Under the pieces are notes generated by a model, which was given only the letters and a program-made list of their open reading frames with translations, was not told the origin of the DNA and searched no databases. The translations under genes were made by a program, and so were the position numbers. A DNA stretch of 64,000 bases from Octopus sinensis (taxonomy: Eukaryota), in NCBI RefSeq assembly GCF_006345805.1, contig NW_021836129.1, positions 62,001 through 126,000 of the forward strand, in the 5' to 3' direction. Each line of letters opens with the position of its first letter. The first letter of the stretch is position 1. Shown piece by piece: positions 11,745 to 24,709 of this stretch.

Positions 11745-12298
11745 TGGCTTGACGTTTCTTCGCAAAGTCTTCAGCCTTTGTAAGAATAATCGAATCATTA
11801 AGAAATGCTCCTCTGGTTTCCATCATTTCAATCCATGACATAGTATCTTCATCAATTTCATTGAACTTTAAATATGGATTCCGAGATAATTCTGAAAAAA
11901 GCAAGGCAGATACATTCCTTCTGCTCCTAAGGTCGTTTAAAGATCGTCTTGAAATAACGCGTCTGAATCTTTCGGAAAAGATAGCGGACACTCTTGTAAG
12001 CGAAATTCCTGGATTTTGATCGATAAATTTAATAATTTTTGTTTTTCGGAATTTTTAAATCTGGTACAATTACGTTTCATTACAATTAACAGGACCAACC
12101 ACACAATTAAATGATAATGTCTCGTGTAAAAGTGTTTTGGAATTTAAAAAAATAATTAAGAAAATAAAAAATATATATTTCTAAAAACGCGGCGGATTCG
12201 AGAAATTTGCGGATTCGGGAATATCTCATAGGAAATTTCGTATTCTTGAAAAAATTCGGCGGATTCGAGAGGTGGCGGATTCGAGAGGTTTTACACTG
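11745..12298 (-). mobile_element. Tigger family B, 5' part (copy a)
   Basis: ORF 11740-11991 matches the N-terminus of ORF 29244-29756. GGCGGATTCGAGA subterminal repeats and a degenerate TIR at ~12,273-12,298. Confidence 0.85.
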
Positions 12299-13012
12299 AC
12301 GAAATCAATTTTGCATCTAAGGATGTGGAAATTCTGGCATTTTTCCCATGGCTCAACAAACTTTTTTTTTGAAGACAAAATTTGATGGCAGGTTTAGAAG
12401 AAAAGGATCCTTGTAGAACAATTTCTTTTTGCCCTTATATTTGACGAGCTGAAATAATACAGATTGGTGATATTAAATGTTATTTATTTTATTTTTTAAA
12501 TGTTTTTAATTTATCGAATTAACTACAATAAATTATTACGCACGTTATATTATTTTCTTTTGTTGTGCATGTATGCAGTTAATTCTTATTTTATTTTTTC
12601 GTGCTTTTATGTTTTAATTTTATAATTTTTTGTTTTTTTATTTGTTTGACTATTAATTAAATTGATTACTGGTAAAATATCTTGCATAAAGTATATTTTG
12701 CAAGTGAATTTGTATTCATTTTATCAATTAATTAATATGCATTTATACAGACTTGTTTAAATTTATTTTTTTCTAGTATTTTATTGTTTATTTTGATTTT
12801 TTTATTATTTTGATTCTTTTCTACTATTCTGATTTTTTTAATACACTCAACCGTTTCAAATTGGGCATTTTTGGATACTTCAATTTTGTTGGCCAATTAG
12901 ATTTAAAAATCGATAATCCTTCCAAATCGATAATTAAGATTAGCTTCGCGGGCCGTACAAAAAATATTTTATAATATTTTTATATTTTCCAATTCGTAAA
13001 AATTAATAATGG

Positions 13013-13758
13013 ACGCATTTTTGAACAAAGCCGCCAGTTCTATATAATTTTGTAAATCAATGAGTTCTATATCATTTACAAGTCAATTTTGTAGCTTAAT
13101 TTGTCCCAGCTCTGTTGGAGTGATGTTTGGATCGGGAATTTTAATCCTGATTCCTTCCACAGCATACATCCATCTTCAAAAGGCCTGTCCAAAGAAGATT
13201 CGGGGGATTTATGTAGAATCTCCAAGGATAGCCTTCGGCAGGATGAGTGAGAGGACAGGAAAGCTGGGAGGGCAAGGTCCAGGGCGGATCTTAGGCCAGC
13301 TCCGCCAGAATTAAGAGGTAGTTTACACTGGGTCCACCCATCATTATCGAAACGGACATTTAGGATCCACTCGGCGCACAATCTTAACGTATCATCGATA
13401 GAATGCAATATTTCATCTTGTATAAAGCAGGGCGAGCATCTCAATAAATATAACAGTTTGGGAACGTGGATGCAATTTTTGAGGAGGAAAAAGGCCGTGT
13501 GGGAGTCGAGTAGAGAGAGGCGTTCACCACAGACAACCTGGCAATGAGGCTCGACCAGCACCGCCTCGCCTGCTTACGCTCTGCAGCTGTGCCACTCAGT
13601 GGGTCATGGCTGAATGCTATGCCAATTGCTGGCCTCGGAACATTATTAGAGGATGACTGCATGCGTATCGGTACTGCACTGAGACTCGGACTTGACATCT
13701 GCGAACAACATCGTTGTAGATGTGGAAAAATGGTTGACGTCAAAGGTGTACACCCACT
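13013..13758. mobile_element. CRE-like retrotransposon fragment with inverted 5' part (copy a)
   Basis: The upstream part (ERLSLLDSH...GGAGLRSA...QQSWDK) is on the minus strand at 13,076-13,545. The immediately downstream part (DQHRLACL...SGSWLNAMP...CRCG...HPL) is on the plus strand from ~13,550. Confidence 0.85.
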
Positions 13759-13890
13759 TATCGACTTTGTGGGCTTCCCCCCCCCCCCTGTCCAGACCGA
13801 CTGGTTCAAGTACATTCGGGAAACCGGCAGCATTAAGTGCTCTCGAGATGACGTCGTTGAGTGCCCCGTGACGAGGCAATTCTGCTATTT
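13759..13890 (-). mobile_element. Second CRE-like family fragment (copy a; copy b ~31,525-31,660)
   Basis: [31 protein letters not shown]. Fuller copy at 47,130-47,490. Confidence 0.8.
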
Positions 13891-13985
13891 GATATAAAAA
13901 GGTCACTTTTTTTTGGTTTTGAATTTTCGATATTATAAAAAATGTAAAATACTTTATTCCATGTTAAGAATAAATTTAAGACATA

Positions 13986-16540
13986 CAGTCAACCTTCGTT
14001 AATCCGAAAATTCAAATCGCTTTCCCTTCGGATTATGAAGAAATCTAAAATTTATATGAACGTTAGATAAATGATCAGATTAGTGATCAAATTACTAATC
14101 TGTTTATAAACACAATTATTTGTAGAAAAAATCGAATAAAGTTCTTTTTATAGTATTTTTTTAATTAATTTTTGTAAATCATCCGAGATGTGTTTCAAAT
14201 TTTTTACAGTATCGTTTGTTATATTTTGAGAAAAGCAATTCGAACAAGAACTTGATTTAATGACAATTTGAATTGCTTGGAAAATTGTTCTTCAAAATGT
14301 GACTTGGCGCGTAATCAAAAAGTAAATAAATTTTTTGTTATACAGTAAAACCTCTGGTGCTCGCCATTTTCGGGACCGAAGAAAAAATGGCGAGCAATAG
14401 AATTTGGCGAGCAATAGAAATAATCAATAAATTTGTTGACATTGAAATTTTGAAAACATCTCCGTTTTCGATACTTTCCGATCATAAGTGAGTCTTTCAA
14501 GTCATATTTGAGCAAAGAAACAAAGAGAATCGAAAGAAATTAAAAGGAAAAAATTAACTAAAAAAATCTTTAATAGTTTTTTTTAATTCAGCCATATTTC
14601 TAATAACGGTGTCGATTAGTTCCAACGAATTTATATCAAAATTTTCATTTTGATAAAAGAATGACTTTATTTTTTTCAACATTTTCAAAGCCTCTTCTGA
14701 ATTCACATGAGATTGGTCATTATGAGTATCTTCATTGTCATATTTTTGTGAAAAAGAATCTCCAGCAATATTAAGGTAATCTTCAATTTCATCTATTTCG
14801 GTAAATTCATGATTAATAAAATCATCTTTATCGACCTGGTCCAATATTTTCAAGATATTTACCATTTGATCATAATTATCAATTTCAACAGTTGGTCTTT
14901 CGAGTTGATTTTCACATTCGATCCATTTTGAATGTCCGAAACAATTTGTAGTTGTTTTGGTCGTTACTTTTTTCCAGGCAAAATATGTAAAAAGAAGACC
15001 GTCTTTTAAGGTTATTTTTATGAGCTTCCAGTGGATTTTCTCCATTTTCAATTTTTTCTAACATTAACTCAAATTTAAGTTTATTAAAATGTCCTTTGAA
15101 AGATCTAATGATTCCTTGATCCATTGGTTGTAGAATTGTTGTAGTCTTCGAAGGTAGGTAAAGAACTTCAATTGACTGTAAATCAGCGTAAAGTTTATGG
15201 GATGGGCATCGATCCACAACTAAAAGAATTTTTCGTATAAAAAATAGTTTAACCAAAAAAATATTTATAAATGTTTTCAGCATTATATTGTTGAATCTTT
15301 GCAGAGATCAAAGAAGTAAATGCATCTTTTTCTTGTTTCTGATCAACTGCAGCAGATCCTGATTCTCCATATAAAGACCTCAATTTTAAGTTGTTCCGTA
15401 TCTTGAACTTGCTTAGCCATCCATTGCTGGCTTTAAACTCTTTAATTCCATAAATATTAGCAATGTTCTTTGCTTTCAACAAAATTGAATTATCGTCCAG
15501 AAACTCCCCTCTAAGCTCAATGTATTCCATCCAAGTTAATAGTTCAGTGTCAATAACAGAATAAGTTAAGTTAGATAATCTCTTCTTATTGGAGAAAATA
15601 GGATCAGTAGACATTATTTTCTCTTTTCCAAGTCTTAAATCGTTCACAGCCCTTCGAGATATTTTTTTCTTCAAAACAGAAGAAAAAATGTAAGCTATAC
15701 GATCCATCGTGAGACTTTTGTTCTCCTCCATGTACGCAATAATCCGACGTTTTTCAGTAAAAGACAATCTTGTGCACTTACGCATGTTAAATTTAGCGTG
15801 GTTGAAATATTTTATATAAAAAATAGTTTAACAAAAAAAAATATTTTTAAAAATTAATGGCGAGATTTAGAAAATGGCGAGCAATAGAATATTTATCAAA
15901 ATTTACTAGAAATTTTTAATTTTTTGAAAAATATGTGGCGAGCAATAGAGGTGGCGAGTAACAGAGGTGGCGAGCACCAGAGGTTTTACTGTATTGTTCA
16001 TTTCATCATCAAGTAGCAGCATCACGCAATTAAACAAATAACTGGCTTTCGAATTTGGATAATAATGACAGTATTTTCCAACATTGAATCCTTTGAAACA
16101 GTTTGGTTTCTTGCTGTGTCCTGTCCATTCCGTTAATAAGATCCATTCGAGATATCCATTTTATCAATGAATTCTCAAGCAGATAATAATTTTTACAAGC
16201 TAGTCTATAGTAAGTGTTTGAGCTCTCACTGTTTTTTCATTGTTCTTTATTTTTCAAAATTTCAGATAAAGTAGAATTTCGTAGGTCCAGGTTTAATTCT
16301 CTTCTGATAATTTGAGACAATTCATTCAGAGACATTTTCCTCGAATCCTTAATTTTTACAAATCTGTTCTTTTAGATGAATTTTGACTTCGGTCCTTTTT
16401 CTAACCATAGAAAGCGTGCTGTTAATTAAATTTGAAAAATTAATTAAAAAAATTAATCAACAAAATTATTTTGTAATAATAAACAAAATTAATCCGAAAT
16501 TATAAACAAAATTAATTGAATTTTCGGAGCATTGAATCAA
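13986..16540 (-). mobile_element. Older Tigger remnant (3' TIR plus HTH N-terminus) hosting Tigger C
   Basis: TA|CAGTCAACCTTCGTTAATCCG pogo-type TIR at 13,986. The minus strand at 16,000-16,400 reads MSLNELSQIIRRELNLDLRNSTLSEILKNKEQ...LLENSLIKWI (psq/CENP-B HTH). That both ends belong to one element is inferred. Confidence 0.6.
14343..15991 (-). mobile_element. Tigger C, internally deleted, perfect 24-bp TIRs, TA TSD (copy a)
   Basis: TIR CAGTAAAACCTCTGGTGCTCGCCA at both ends, TA at 14,341-42 and 15,992-93. HTH ORF 15249-15785, DDE part 14912-15283. Empty site at ~47,945. Confidence 0.95.
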
Positions 16541-16699
16541 ATTTGGCAAAAAAAAGTTAAAAAATTTATAATTAGAAAATTGATTAATAACAACTTTTCT
16601 GGCAAATTTTGAGCAACTAGAGCAATACAAATACCTCGCCTTTCTATGTTTATCATCACTATCGTACCCTTTTACCCTTATTTTAAAATTTAAAATGTA

Positions 16700-18060
16700 A
16701 ATGTCTTTATTCTTTTTTATGTTCCTTGCAATAAGAGAGAAATATCGTTAAGTTTCGTAAAAATCCAAGATAAGAACAGCCCAGCGTAGTAAGTAGCGTG
16801 CTTTAATGGAATACGACGCGATAAGATGTCAAGACACGACGGGTCAATGGTGTAGTTGCCTCAAAAAAAAGATATTAATTTTAAAAAATTTATTATTGTA
16901 CATACTCCTTGCAATTTGGTGTGAGGGTCTCCAAACAGCTGTAAATACTACCAACTCAGACAACAAACCTCATCAAATACTATGTTGACTCATCTTGACA
17001 AACAATTTCAAATTCAATTGTAATTGACAAAGAGATAAAAAAACCCATAAAATAGTGCAAATTTCAAGGTTTTTCAAAACGGGATATATAGTCTAACTTA
17101 GCGTTACTTTTGCAGTTAAAATCGCTAAGAATGGACCCATACGAGCTTCTTAAAGAATATAAGCTCCGCTTTCCTATCTTATACAATATCAGCTTGAATG
17201 TTATTTTAAACTTTATTTATAAATTAGCACAAATATAATTGCTGACGGCAATCTTGCAGTTCTTTCCGACGAATTCGGTTTTATAAAGCTCAAAAAAATC
17301 TCGCTCTTCCGGATAATGAGAAAAGTCGGGGCAACACTTGATGATCTTATATCCGTAGTTAAAAGTAGGATCATATTTATCAAATCACATTTTTAGACTC
17401 ATATTTCCTCATTTTTGACCAGACCCAAACAAAAGTCAATGGGATAATCTCCACAAGAGTCATCGAAGTAAACTGAATATTCAACAATATTGAAATGAGT
17501 ACTGAAAAAGTATTGTCGTGATGTATTCATGACAATTACTTTTGGACCAGCAGCTGACTCCCCTTGGAATCACCCGGGGCTACTTGACTGGGTGGCGAAT
17601 GTTTGAAGATAAGTGGCTGTTGTATGCCAATTTGTTAGGACCAAACACCCCAATTATTAAAAAAACTAAAATAATGGCGAATAACTACAATCACACTGTA
17701 TCAGTGATATAAACATATTTTAAGAGTGGGATATAACAAATTCCATACACAGAAACGTGTATGATTTATATAATGGATATCCAATGAATTTTATTCCCTT
17801 CCGGAGTCCATTTCCTCCAATCTGTTAGAACCAAACATCCCAATTATCGAAAAAGACCCTGAAGTGTGCTTGGTGCTGGCAGATTAGTCGAAATGGACTT
17901 CAAAACACGTAAAATGGCTCTGTGTCATCTTGTTCCATTTGTAAGTTGACTTTGAAGTAAAATTGAACGTTTCTCTGAGAAGTCTCTTGGAATTGGTCAG
18001 CCCAGGAATGTCGTCCCTTGTGGAATAAGACATCGAGAACCAACCAGTGGATATTCAAAT
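16700..18060 (-). pseudogene. Unidentified intron-containing gene remnant (copy a; b ~34,500-35,830; c ~49,700-51,050)
   Basis: Broken protein-like frames such as KRLLRETFNFTSKSTYKWNKMTQSHFTCFEVHF, FDKYDPTFNYGYKIIKCCPDFSHYPEERDFFELYKTEF and IDPSCLDILSRRIPLKHATYYAGLFLSWIF. One GT..AG intron-like segment. Some synonymous differences between copies. Confidence 0.4.
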
Positions 18061-18369
18061 TGTGAGTAACAAATAAGACAAATGTCAAATCAAATAAAAT
18101 AAATATTTAGATTATATTCTCTTGTTAAATGTTCTGACACTCTGGATGACAATAAAGATGCAAAATAAAATAACATTGTTGAGAAATTAAAAAAAATATA
18201 TAAACAGATTATAGGAATAAACTCAAAAAATGCTATTACATAATCGTTGTTGCCTAATAGTTATTACATTTTTTATTATTTTAAAAAACTTTGTCTATTT
18301 ATACAAACCAAGCGTATTTGCCATCAAATGGACACACCCAGTCACTACCACTAAGGGGTCTTAACTAAG

Positions 18370-21300
18370 CAATAGAAAGTGTGAGCAAATCAACATAATG
18401 AAATTAGTGATAAATCCAATGTTAATAATTCAGAGCGCATATCATGGCCACTCCTCGCTTTATCCAGTAATCTGGCTTATTTTCTGTCGGAATCAGCCAG
18501 ATTGGAGGCATTTCCACATACAGTTCCTTCGGTCTCGACTCCACCCGACGTCCCCCGTCTCATTGACCCCCCTCAATAAACAAGCCCATAATCTAACACA
18601 CACTCAAAGGAGGACTGGATATATCCTCTCCTTCCAACACCTACACTGTGCATACGTCCATACTTTGAAAGCGAAACTTATTTTATCAATTAAAATCACG
18701 TTCTTTCGAGCATAGTTTTAGAGAGTTCCCGTCAAGAAAGCCTGCGGAAAAAATAAACCCGATAAAAAAAACAGAGAATACATATTTTTCTCACATCAAG
18801 GCACTCTATTGGTGTACAAACTCTGTGCCATGTCCTTAAACTCCTGGAAAATGACAACCAGTCCTTTGACAGCCTTGAGTAAGTATTCCAAACACCTTCT
18901 AATGACACCAAGAAGACGATTCTAACTGACATATAATATTATCCACTATGGCTTCTTGGATGAGGGAAGTGTTCATTGACTCTTCGTAAAGGACGGGATA
19001 CTTTGAGGATATTTCCACCATGCTGAATTCGAGGGAAGAATGGGGAAGATATCTCTGACAAATTTGTCCACAACCTCAATCATAAACTAATAAACAGACA
19101 TTTCAGACGAGTCTTCTGGTATTCTGGCACTTTAGTTTTGTGCGAAAGTGATATCTACATTCTCGTGCAGTCCGAATATCTCCGGGCTATCATTGATAGG
19201 CAGGTCTCTTATATAAGTCAAATACCTCTGCCAACTAAAATCAGTAACCTCACTCTGTGGTCGGTCGAAGATGATGTTGGAAAAATACTCCTGTTTGAAA
19301 AAGTGTATTTCTCTTCAAGGACACGGTCGCTGTAAAAGTCCGCCAGCAAGTAGGCGACTGTCCTTCTGTTCCAGTCGTCGGATAAAATAACTCCATGAAA
19401 CAAGCTAAGTGAGAAGAGCAGATTTTTAAACGCAGGAGTCTATTTAAAAAAAGGTTCACCAATTTTGAATATTTAAAATAATTAATAATAATAAACCTTA
19501 TCTTGACACGAATTTAAAAAATCATCATTTTGAGAAATGTACGATCGGAGGAGATTGGCTTTTATACCCCTGGGAGGCTCAATAGTCATTTTGCTGCTAT
19601 TTTGTAGTATAAACGTGGGAAATCGACTACTGGGAAGACTTGTGAGCCAAAGTCTAAAGTCTTTGTGCACCTAATCGTAAAGTGACCCCAACTAACTTTT
19701 TCCGGATCCAGTTTTTCGATGAGTCTTTCCAACTGAGGCATCCAACTTGGTGCCAAATGACAGTTCTGGAAGAAAACCCATTTCCCGCGCTCAATTCCTT
19801 CTCTCATAATCTCTTCGGCCCTCGGCCCTTGTCCTTGTCCAAGGGAAATTGACAAAAGTTTTTTAGAAAAGCGCATTTCCTCCGCAAATTTGTACAAATC
19901 CGCAGCGGGGTCAGTTCCAGCCGAAATAATGAAGACGAAGCGAACAAAGGGAGATAAGTCCTTGAAGACCAGACTCAGGTGAGTAGTCTAGACCGTCTCC
20001 GTCACTCAAATTCACCTGAGACTCAATAAAATGGTTTCCAAGGTTGTTGTAGACGTATTGCTACATATTCGGGGTTATTTTATCAGACCGAAGACATTGA
20101 GGACAATCATTCTCTGAAAGTCGTTGAATGATTCTCTGAAAGTCGCTGGAAAAAAAACTATAAAATGTACTTGTGGGGATCAAGAATTGTGAATAAAGTG
20201 TTTGACTATTCCTTTAAATGAGTCCAATTCCTTTCAATTCTATCGGAGAGCCAGTCTGGAACGGGGTTCGATTTTTGGATGATCTTTTTGACTGAGCCCA
20301 ACAAGAGATATCTCCACTTGTTCTAAACACTTGTTGAATTTTACAAACTGCTTTTATTTCTCCAAAGTTCTGTTTGATTCGTACACAAACGAGAAATACA
20401 AACAAGAGTTTGTTACGTTCAAAGAACGATCGACACACATTGGAGTACAAATTGAAAGTAAAATGTTCGTTTATGAAAGTTATCCTCTCTTTCAGATCAT
20501 CTACAATTTATTTCCTGCTTTTTGAGGTGATCTGAGTTTTTTGCGTTGGCAATACTTTTGACAAATATTTTTGCGAACCACGCCAACGAGTATTGATACA
20601 TTGGGTCAATCTTAGCCAAATCTGCTACGAAAAAAACAGTACTTGAGTATTCACAGCTACCCGCATGCCAGCATTTTTATTAGGTTAATGTCATCCACGG
20701 CGTTGCCTTCCGATGAACTGAGTCGAACAATATTTTTTTCTTCCAATTCCTTCCTATTTGAATTTTGATTCGTATTTATATGCCTCATTCGAGCATTATT
20801 GACAATCAGCTGGTTCTTGGCCTCTTCAAGGTCAGAAAGTTCCTCCGTCACGACAATCCCCAATAACTGATCCTCGAGGCTTCTAAAACTGAAAATGACT
20901 TTTATATCGAGGACTGAGGTGGGTCAATAAATAGTGGCCACCGTTTTGAGTTATTGGCGATGAGTGCATTTTCTATCGAAAAGTTGTCTTTAGGCAGTCC
21001 GGTAATTTGTCAATACCATATTTTTACCGAGTTCCCCATCGATGTCACGCTCTCCAGGCGGTCAGTAATAGGGACCTTCCACTCAGCAAGGACTTTTAGA
21101 CATTTCTCGTATAGAATAGCCCGATATTCACGCTTTAATACAATTATCTAGATTTTATACCGCGAATGGTCCCAAATAGGCGAACGACACGGCGGCTATC
21201 AAATATCCCCACAAAATTTTGTAACGTGTATTCCAAAGTCTCGACAGTCTGTTGCCACCGGGATTTCTCGCTGCCGAGTCCCCGTACCCATCGATGTAAG

Positions 21301-22430
21301 GACGTATCTTCCTTATGATGGCTTCGGGGGTGTTGTCCTTGTCGTAGGTGAAAAGAGAGTCGATAAATTTTTGAGGTTTTTGGAAAGGGTCTTTCCGGGG
21401 TCTCAAAAATCGTCGACCTTGACTTCAAGAATGTCGGTGGGGACTTTTTTGGGCTTGACCCCCTTCATAATGCACACAGTCTCCATCACAAGTTTGACCC
21501 CATCGGGAGGACGGGACATAGCCTTTACTTCGAATACGTCATTCTTGTTGAAGGACTTGAGACTCGATAATGCGGCACTCTAATCTAAGAGGTATTGCCC
21601 AATCAGTATGGGAAGGGCTTCACTCAGGTCTCGTTGGGCATAGTCAGCGATGTTCTGGCACTCTTCTGCCTTTGCACATGCATCAGTTTCTTCCTTCTTA
21701 ACATGAGCTCTTGTTTCTTCTGCTACTTTATAGACTTGTTCCCGTTTTTAGTCTGTTTTTGGCAGATACGACTTGAGATCTCATGATTCTGAGCAGGTAA
21801 GAAAAAGAGGAAGTCAATTCGAGATATCTAGTAGAAGTCACGTAGTTATGACAGTTCATTTCAATCAGGAATTTGTTGGACAGTTCGATCACATTTTGGT
21901 AGATAAGTCGACAGAATTTATCTATGACTATTTTATTCAGTCTTTACTATTCCTGAGATTGTTTCTTGGTCGTCTTTCAATTCAGGAAGATCTGTCAAGA
22001 ACCTTTCAGCAACTGATTGGTAACCACTGTGTGCAGATTAGTTCTCACTCTCTTGGTGTATATCAAGTATAAATTTGTCTTGGTAGGCTGCATCCCTATC
22101 TCACTACAAATTGGCTACATTTGCTCAAATATTTTGTTCAATTCTTCATTTCCGTAAAGATTTGGAACATCTCTTGAATTTAAGATGTTGTTGAGGCTCT
22201 CAAGGAATCCTTCGTCTTTGATCTGCCATTAAGGTCTCTTCAAGTCCCAACCTGTGTGTCATTTAAGAAAAACACAATCTGAGTCTCCTTTAGATTAGCC
22301 AACATCATGACTGATTTGAGATCTTCCTTCCATTCAGTTAGGCCATAGTTCTTGGCCTATTTTGTAGGGCTGACGAATAACGAGAGAAATTTGACACAAA
22401 TGTTTGATTGCGTCCGTAAACATGACAAAT
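18370..22430 (-). pseudogene. DNAH1: Axonemal dynein heavy chain DNAH1-like unprocessed pseudogene (AAA4 to C-terminus, many internal deletions), copy a
   Basis: KNYGLTEWKEDLK, FLESLNNILNS.DVPNLY, YSNVCRS, GTDPAADLYKFAEEMRFSKK..ISLGQGQGPRAE...GKWVFFQNCHLAPSWMP, KMTIEPPRGIKANLLRSY, KYPVLYEESMNT. Introns retained (e.g. 19,671-19,696). Confidence 0.85.
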
Positions 22431-22431
22431 C

Positions 22432-23470
22432 AAGTCTACAAAAATTATTTTTTTTTATTTTTGTTACATTTAATTAAACTTTTTAATTGTATTTTTAAAT
22501 CGTGTTTGTCAATGTCACGTGCTTTTTCTGGAATAAAAATGAAACGATGCTTGAAAGATGAACGGAGAGTATTTCAAGATAAATGAGAACTTTTCTATTT
22601 TTACACAAAGGTTGATGGACATTGTTTGATATGTAACAATTTTATCGCTATACCGAAAGAACACAACCTAAAGAGGCATTATCAATCTAATCATCTATCA
22701 TACAATTATTTCGAAGGCTGCTTATTAACCAAGAAGGTCCAATGCATGTTTCAAATGAATTGCGAAAAAATTTATCTGCGTTACAGACTCATTTCACAAA
22801 AAGTCATAATCGAAGTACTGCATTAGTCACTACAAGCTATGAAATCAGCAGAATGCTTGCAGTAAATGGAAAATCATATTGTGATGGTAATTTCATCAAG
22901 CAATGCCTTGTAAAAACAACGAATATTATTTGTCCAGACGACGCCCACTTGTTTAAGATATTTCTACTGTTGCCGAACACATTAATGAAATGACAATGAA
23001 TTTGAAACACCAATGAAGTCTGATTTGTTAAAATTCGATTATATTTTTCAATTGCAATCGATGAAACAGTCGACGTCGTTGGATTTGCACAATTAGCAAT
23101 CTTTGTTAGAGTCTGTGATTCAGATTTTAATATTTATGAAGAATTTCTCAAACTGGTACCAATGCACGATACTACTACAAGTAAAGATATCTTTATAAAA
23201 CTAGTACAAATTCTCTTTGAATATGGGTTTGATTTGAAGAAGCTTGTATGTTTATGCACTGATGGTGCTCCGAATATGGTTGGACGATATGCTGGCGTTG
23301 CCGCCAAATTGCGAGCTAAAATACAAAAGGTAAATCCCGGGTCATCATTTGACAGAGGTCATCCCCTCAACACCGGCAGTTTAGTAAACTGCTGACAGAT
23401 ATTAATAATCAGTTCAGCGACATTTCTTTTTATACTCCAGTCCGCTGGTTGTCACTTCAGAAAGTTGTTA
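22432..23470 (+). mobile_element. hAT (GTF2IRD2/SPIN-like) fragment, copy a; both termini lost
   Basis: FSIAIDETVD, EEFL.LVPMHDTTTSKDIF, CLCTDGAPNMVG. Truncated at the duplication junction. Confidence 0.9.
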
Positions 23471-23478
23471 AAATATTT

Positions 23479-24460
23479 AACTAATTGTTAATATTGATGT
23501 ATAGACACGCTTGAAACAAAACAAATGTTAACAAATAATTACTTATAAGACCCTTCAGCCTTCGGAGTCCACTTTACGAGCTCCACTATCTTCCAGATCT
23601 ATCATCCCAGGGCCCACACTTCCGTCAATTTTAACTCGTTTCGAACCATCCAGAAAAGGAACATGGTAGGCATCCTCGAAGAGTCGACGCACCGCGATCT
23701 CTCGGTCACCGATCCCGTTAGCTTCCTCGTATTTTGAGAGTACCTCCTCAACTCGGGCTTCATAATCTATTTGCGAAAGACCTCTCCGAAAGTCCAGCAC
23801 TGTGCTCTCCATCGTACGCTTAAGCACAATTGATTGCATATAAGCAATCAGATGTTCCCTCACTCTGATCGACTCCAAATATTTTTTTAATATTTAGACA
23901 CAATGCCATCCCATGTAAGGACAACAGGAATTATATTCGCTTTGGCCTTGTGGATCAGGGATAATTCATTAGCAAGCAAATCATATTTTCTTAACTTTTC
24001 AAGTTCTACTCGCTGTAAATTATCTTAAAAAGTAATTCCCACACCACAATCCAAATTACGTTCTCTTTTTTATCATATACCAATAAATCAGGTTTGTTAT
24101 AACGAACGGTAGAATCAGTCTCGATTCGAGTATTCACCCGTACCTCAACTCTTTCATTCGATATAACCTCCTGCACCGAATGTGTCTTCAACCTTTTCTG
24201 ATTCTTCAATCCATAAAGACGACAAAAATGGAAATGCAAACAGCGTACAACTTCATTATGACGTATCGTGTAGTCAAGATACAGCATACGTTCACATCTA
24301 GTGGCCAGATGATCCACTGTTTTCTTCGCCGCTTTACAATGAGGGCACCTTGAGACCAGTTCTTTGCTGGAAAAGAAAATATTCCGATCCTGAAGAAAAC
24401 ATGCCAATCATTCATTGCGCGATGAGTTATTTCCATTTCCAAGCCATATAGATGAGGACT
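23479..24460 (-). mobile_element. 5'-truncated R4/Dong-like retrotransposon (copy b)
   Basis: Near-identical to 9,004-9,990 (ORFs 23555-23878 and 24006-24407). Confidence 0.85.
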
Positions 24461-24709
24461 TGTATGTAGCCATATAGAACAATTCCCGTAGGATCTTTTT
24501 CGTCGGAATCCTCACTGCTCCGCTGCAAGTGTACCTGATTCCTCTACGAAGTTCGAAAGCCTTGTGAAGACAATCCGTTCCATAATTTTAGAGACGGAGC
24601 ATATTAGGCTTATTGACCGATAGTTCTCTGCATGGTCCTTCATTTTTCCAGGCTTTGGAATCATACGTCATACTTTTTCCAAGAGTCCGGTACGTCAGTT
24701 TGCATTGTA

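Larger units (their letters stand above)
8994..23478. repeat. Segmental tandem duplication unit, copy a
   Basis: Colinear with 23,469-41,242. Core offset ~17.77 kb (13,544/31,311; 18,398/36,171; 23,162/40,926). Ends at the TAAAATATTT microhomology. Confidence 0.9.

Noticed and set aside
18398-22072. Plus-strand ORFs over the dynein region (e.g. 18398-18715, 20954-21151, 21773-22072, and equivalents in b and c, plus 41874-42059)
   Set aside because: They are antisense shadows of the dynein pseudogene with no recognisable motifs, and they recur only because the block is duplicated.
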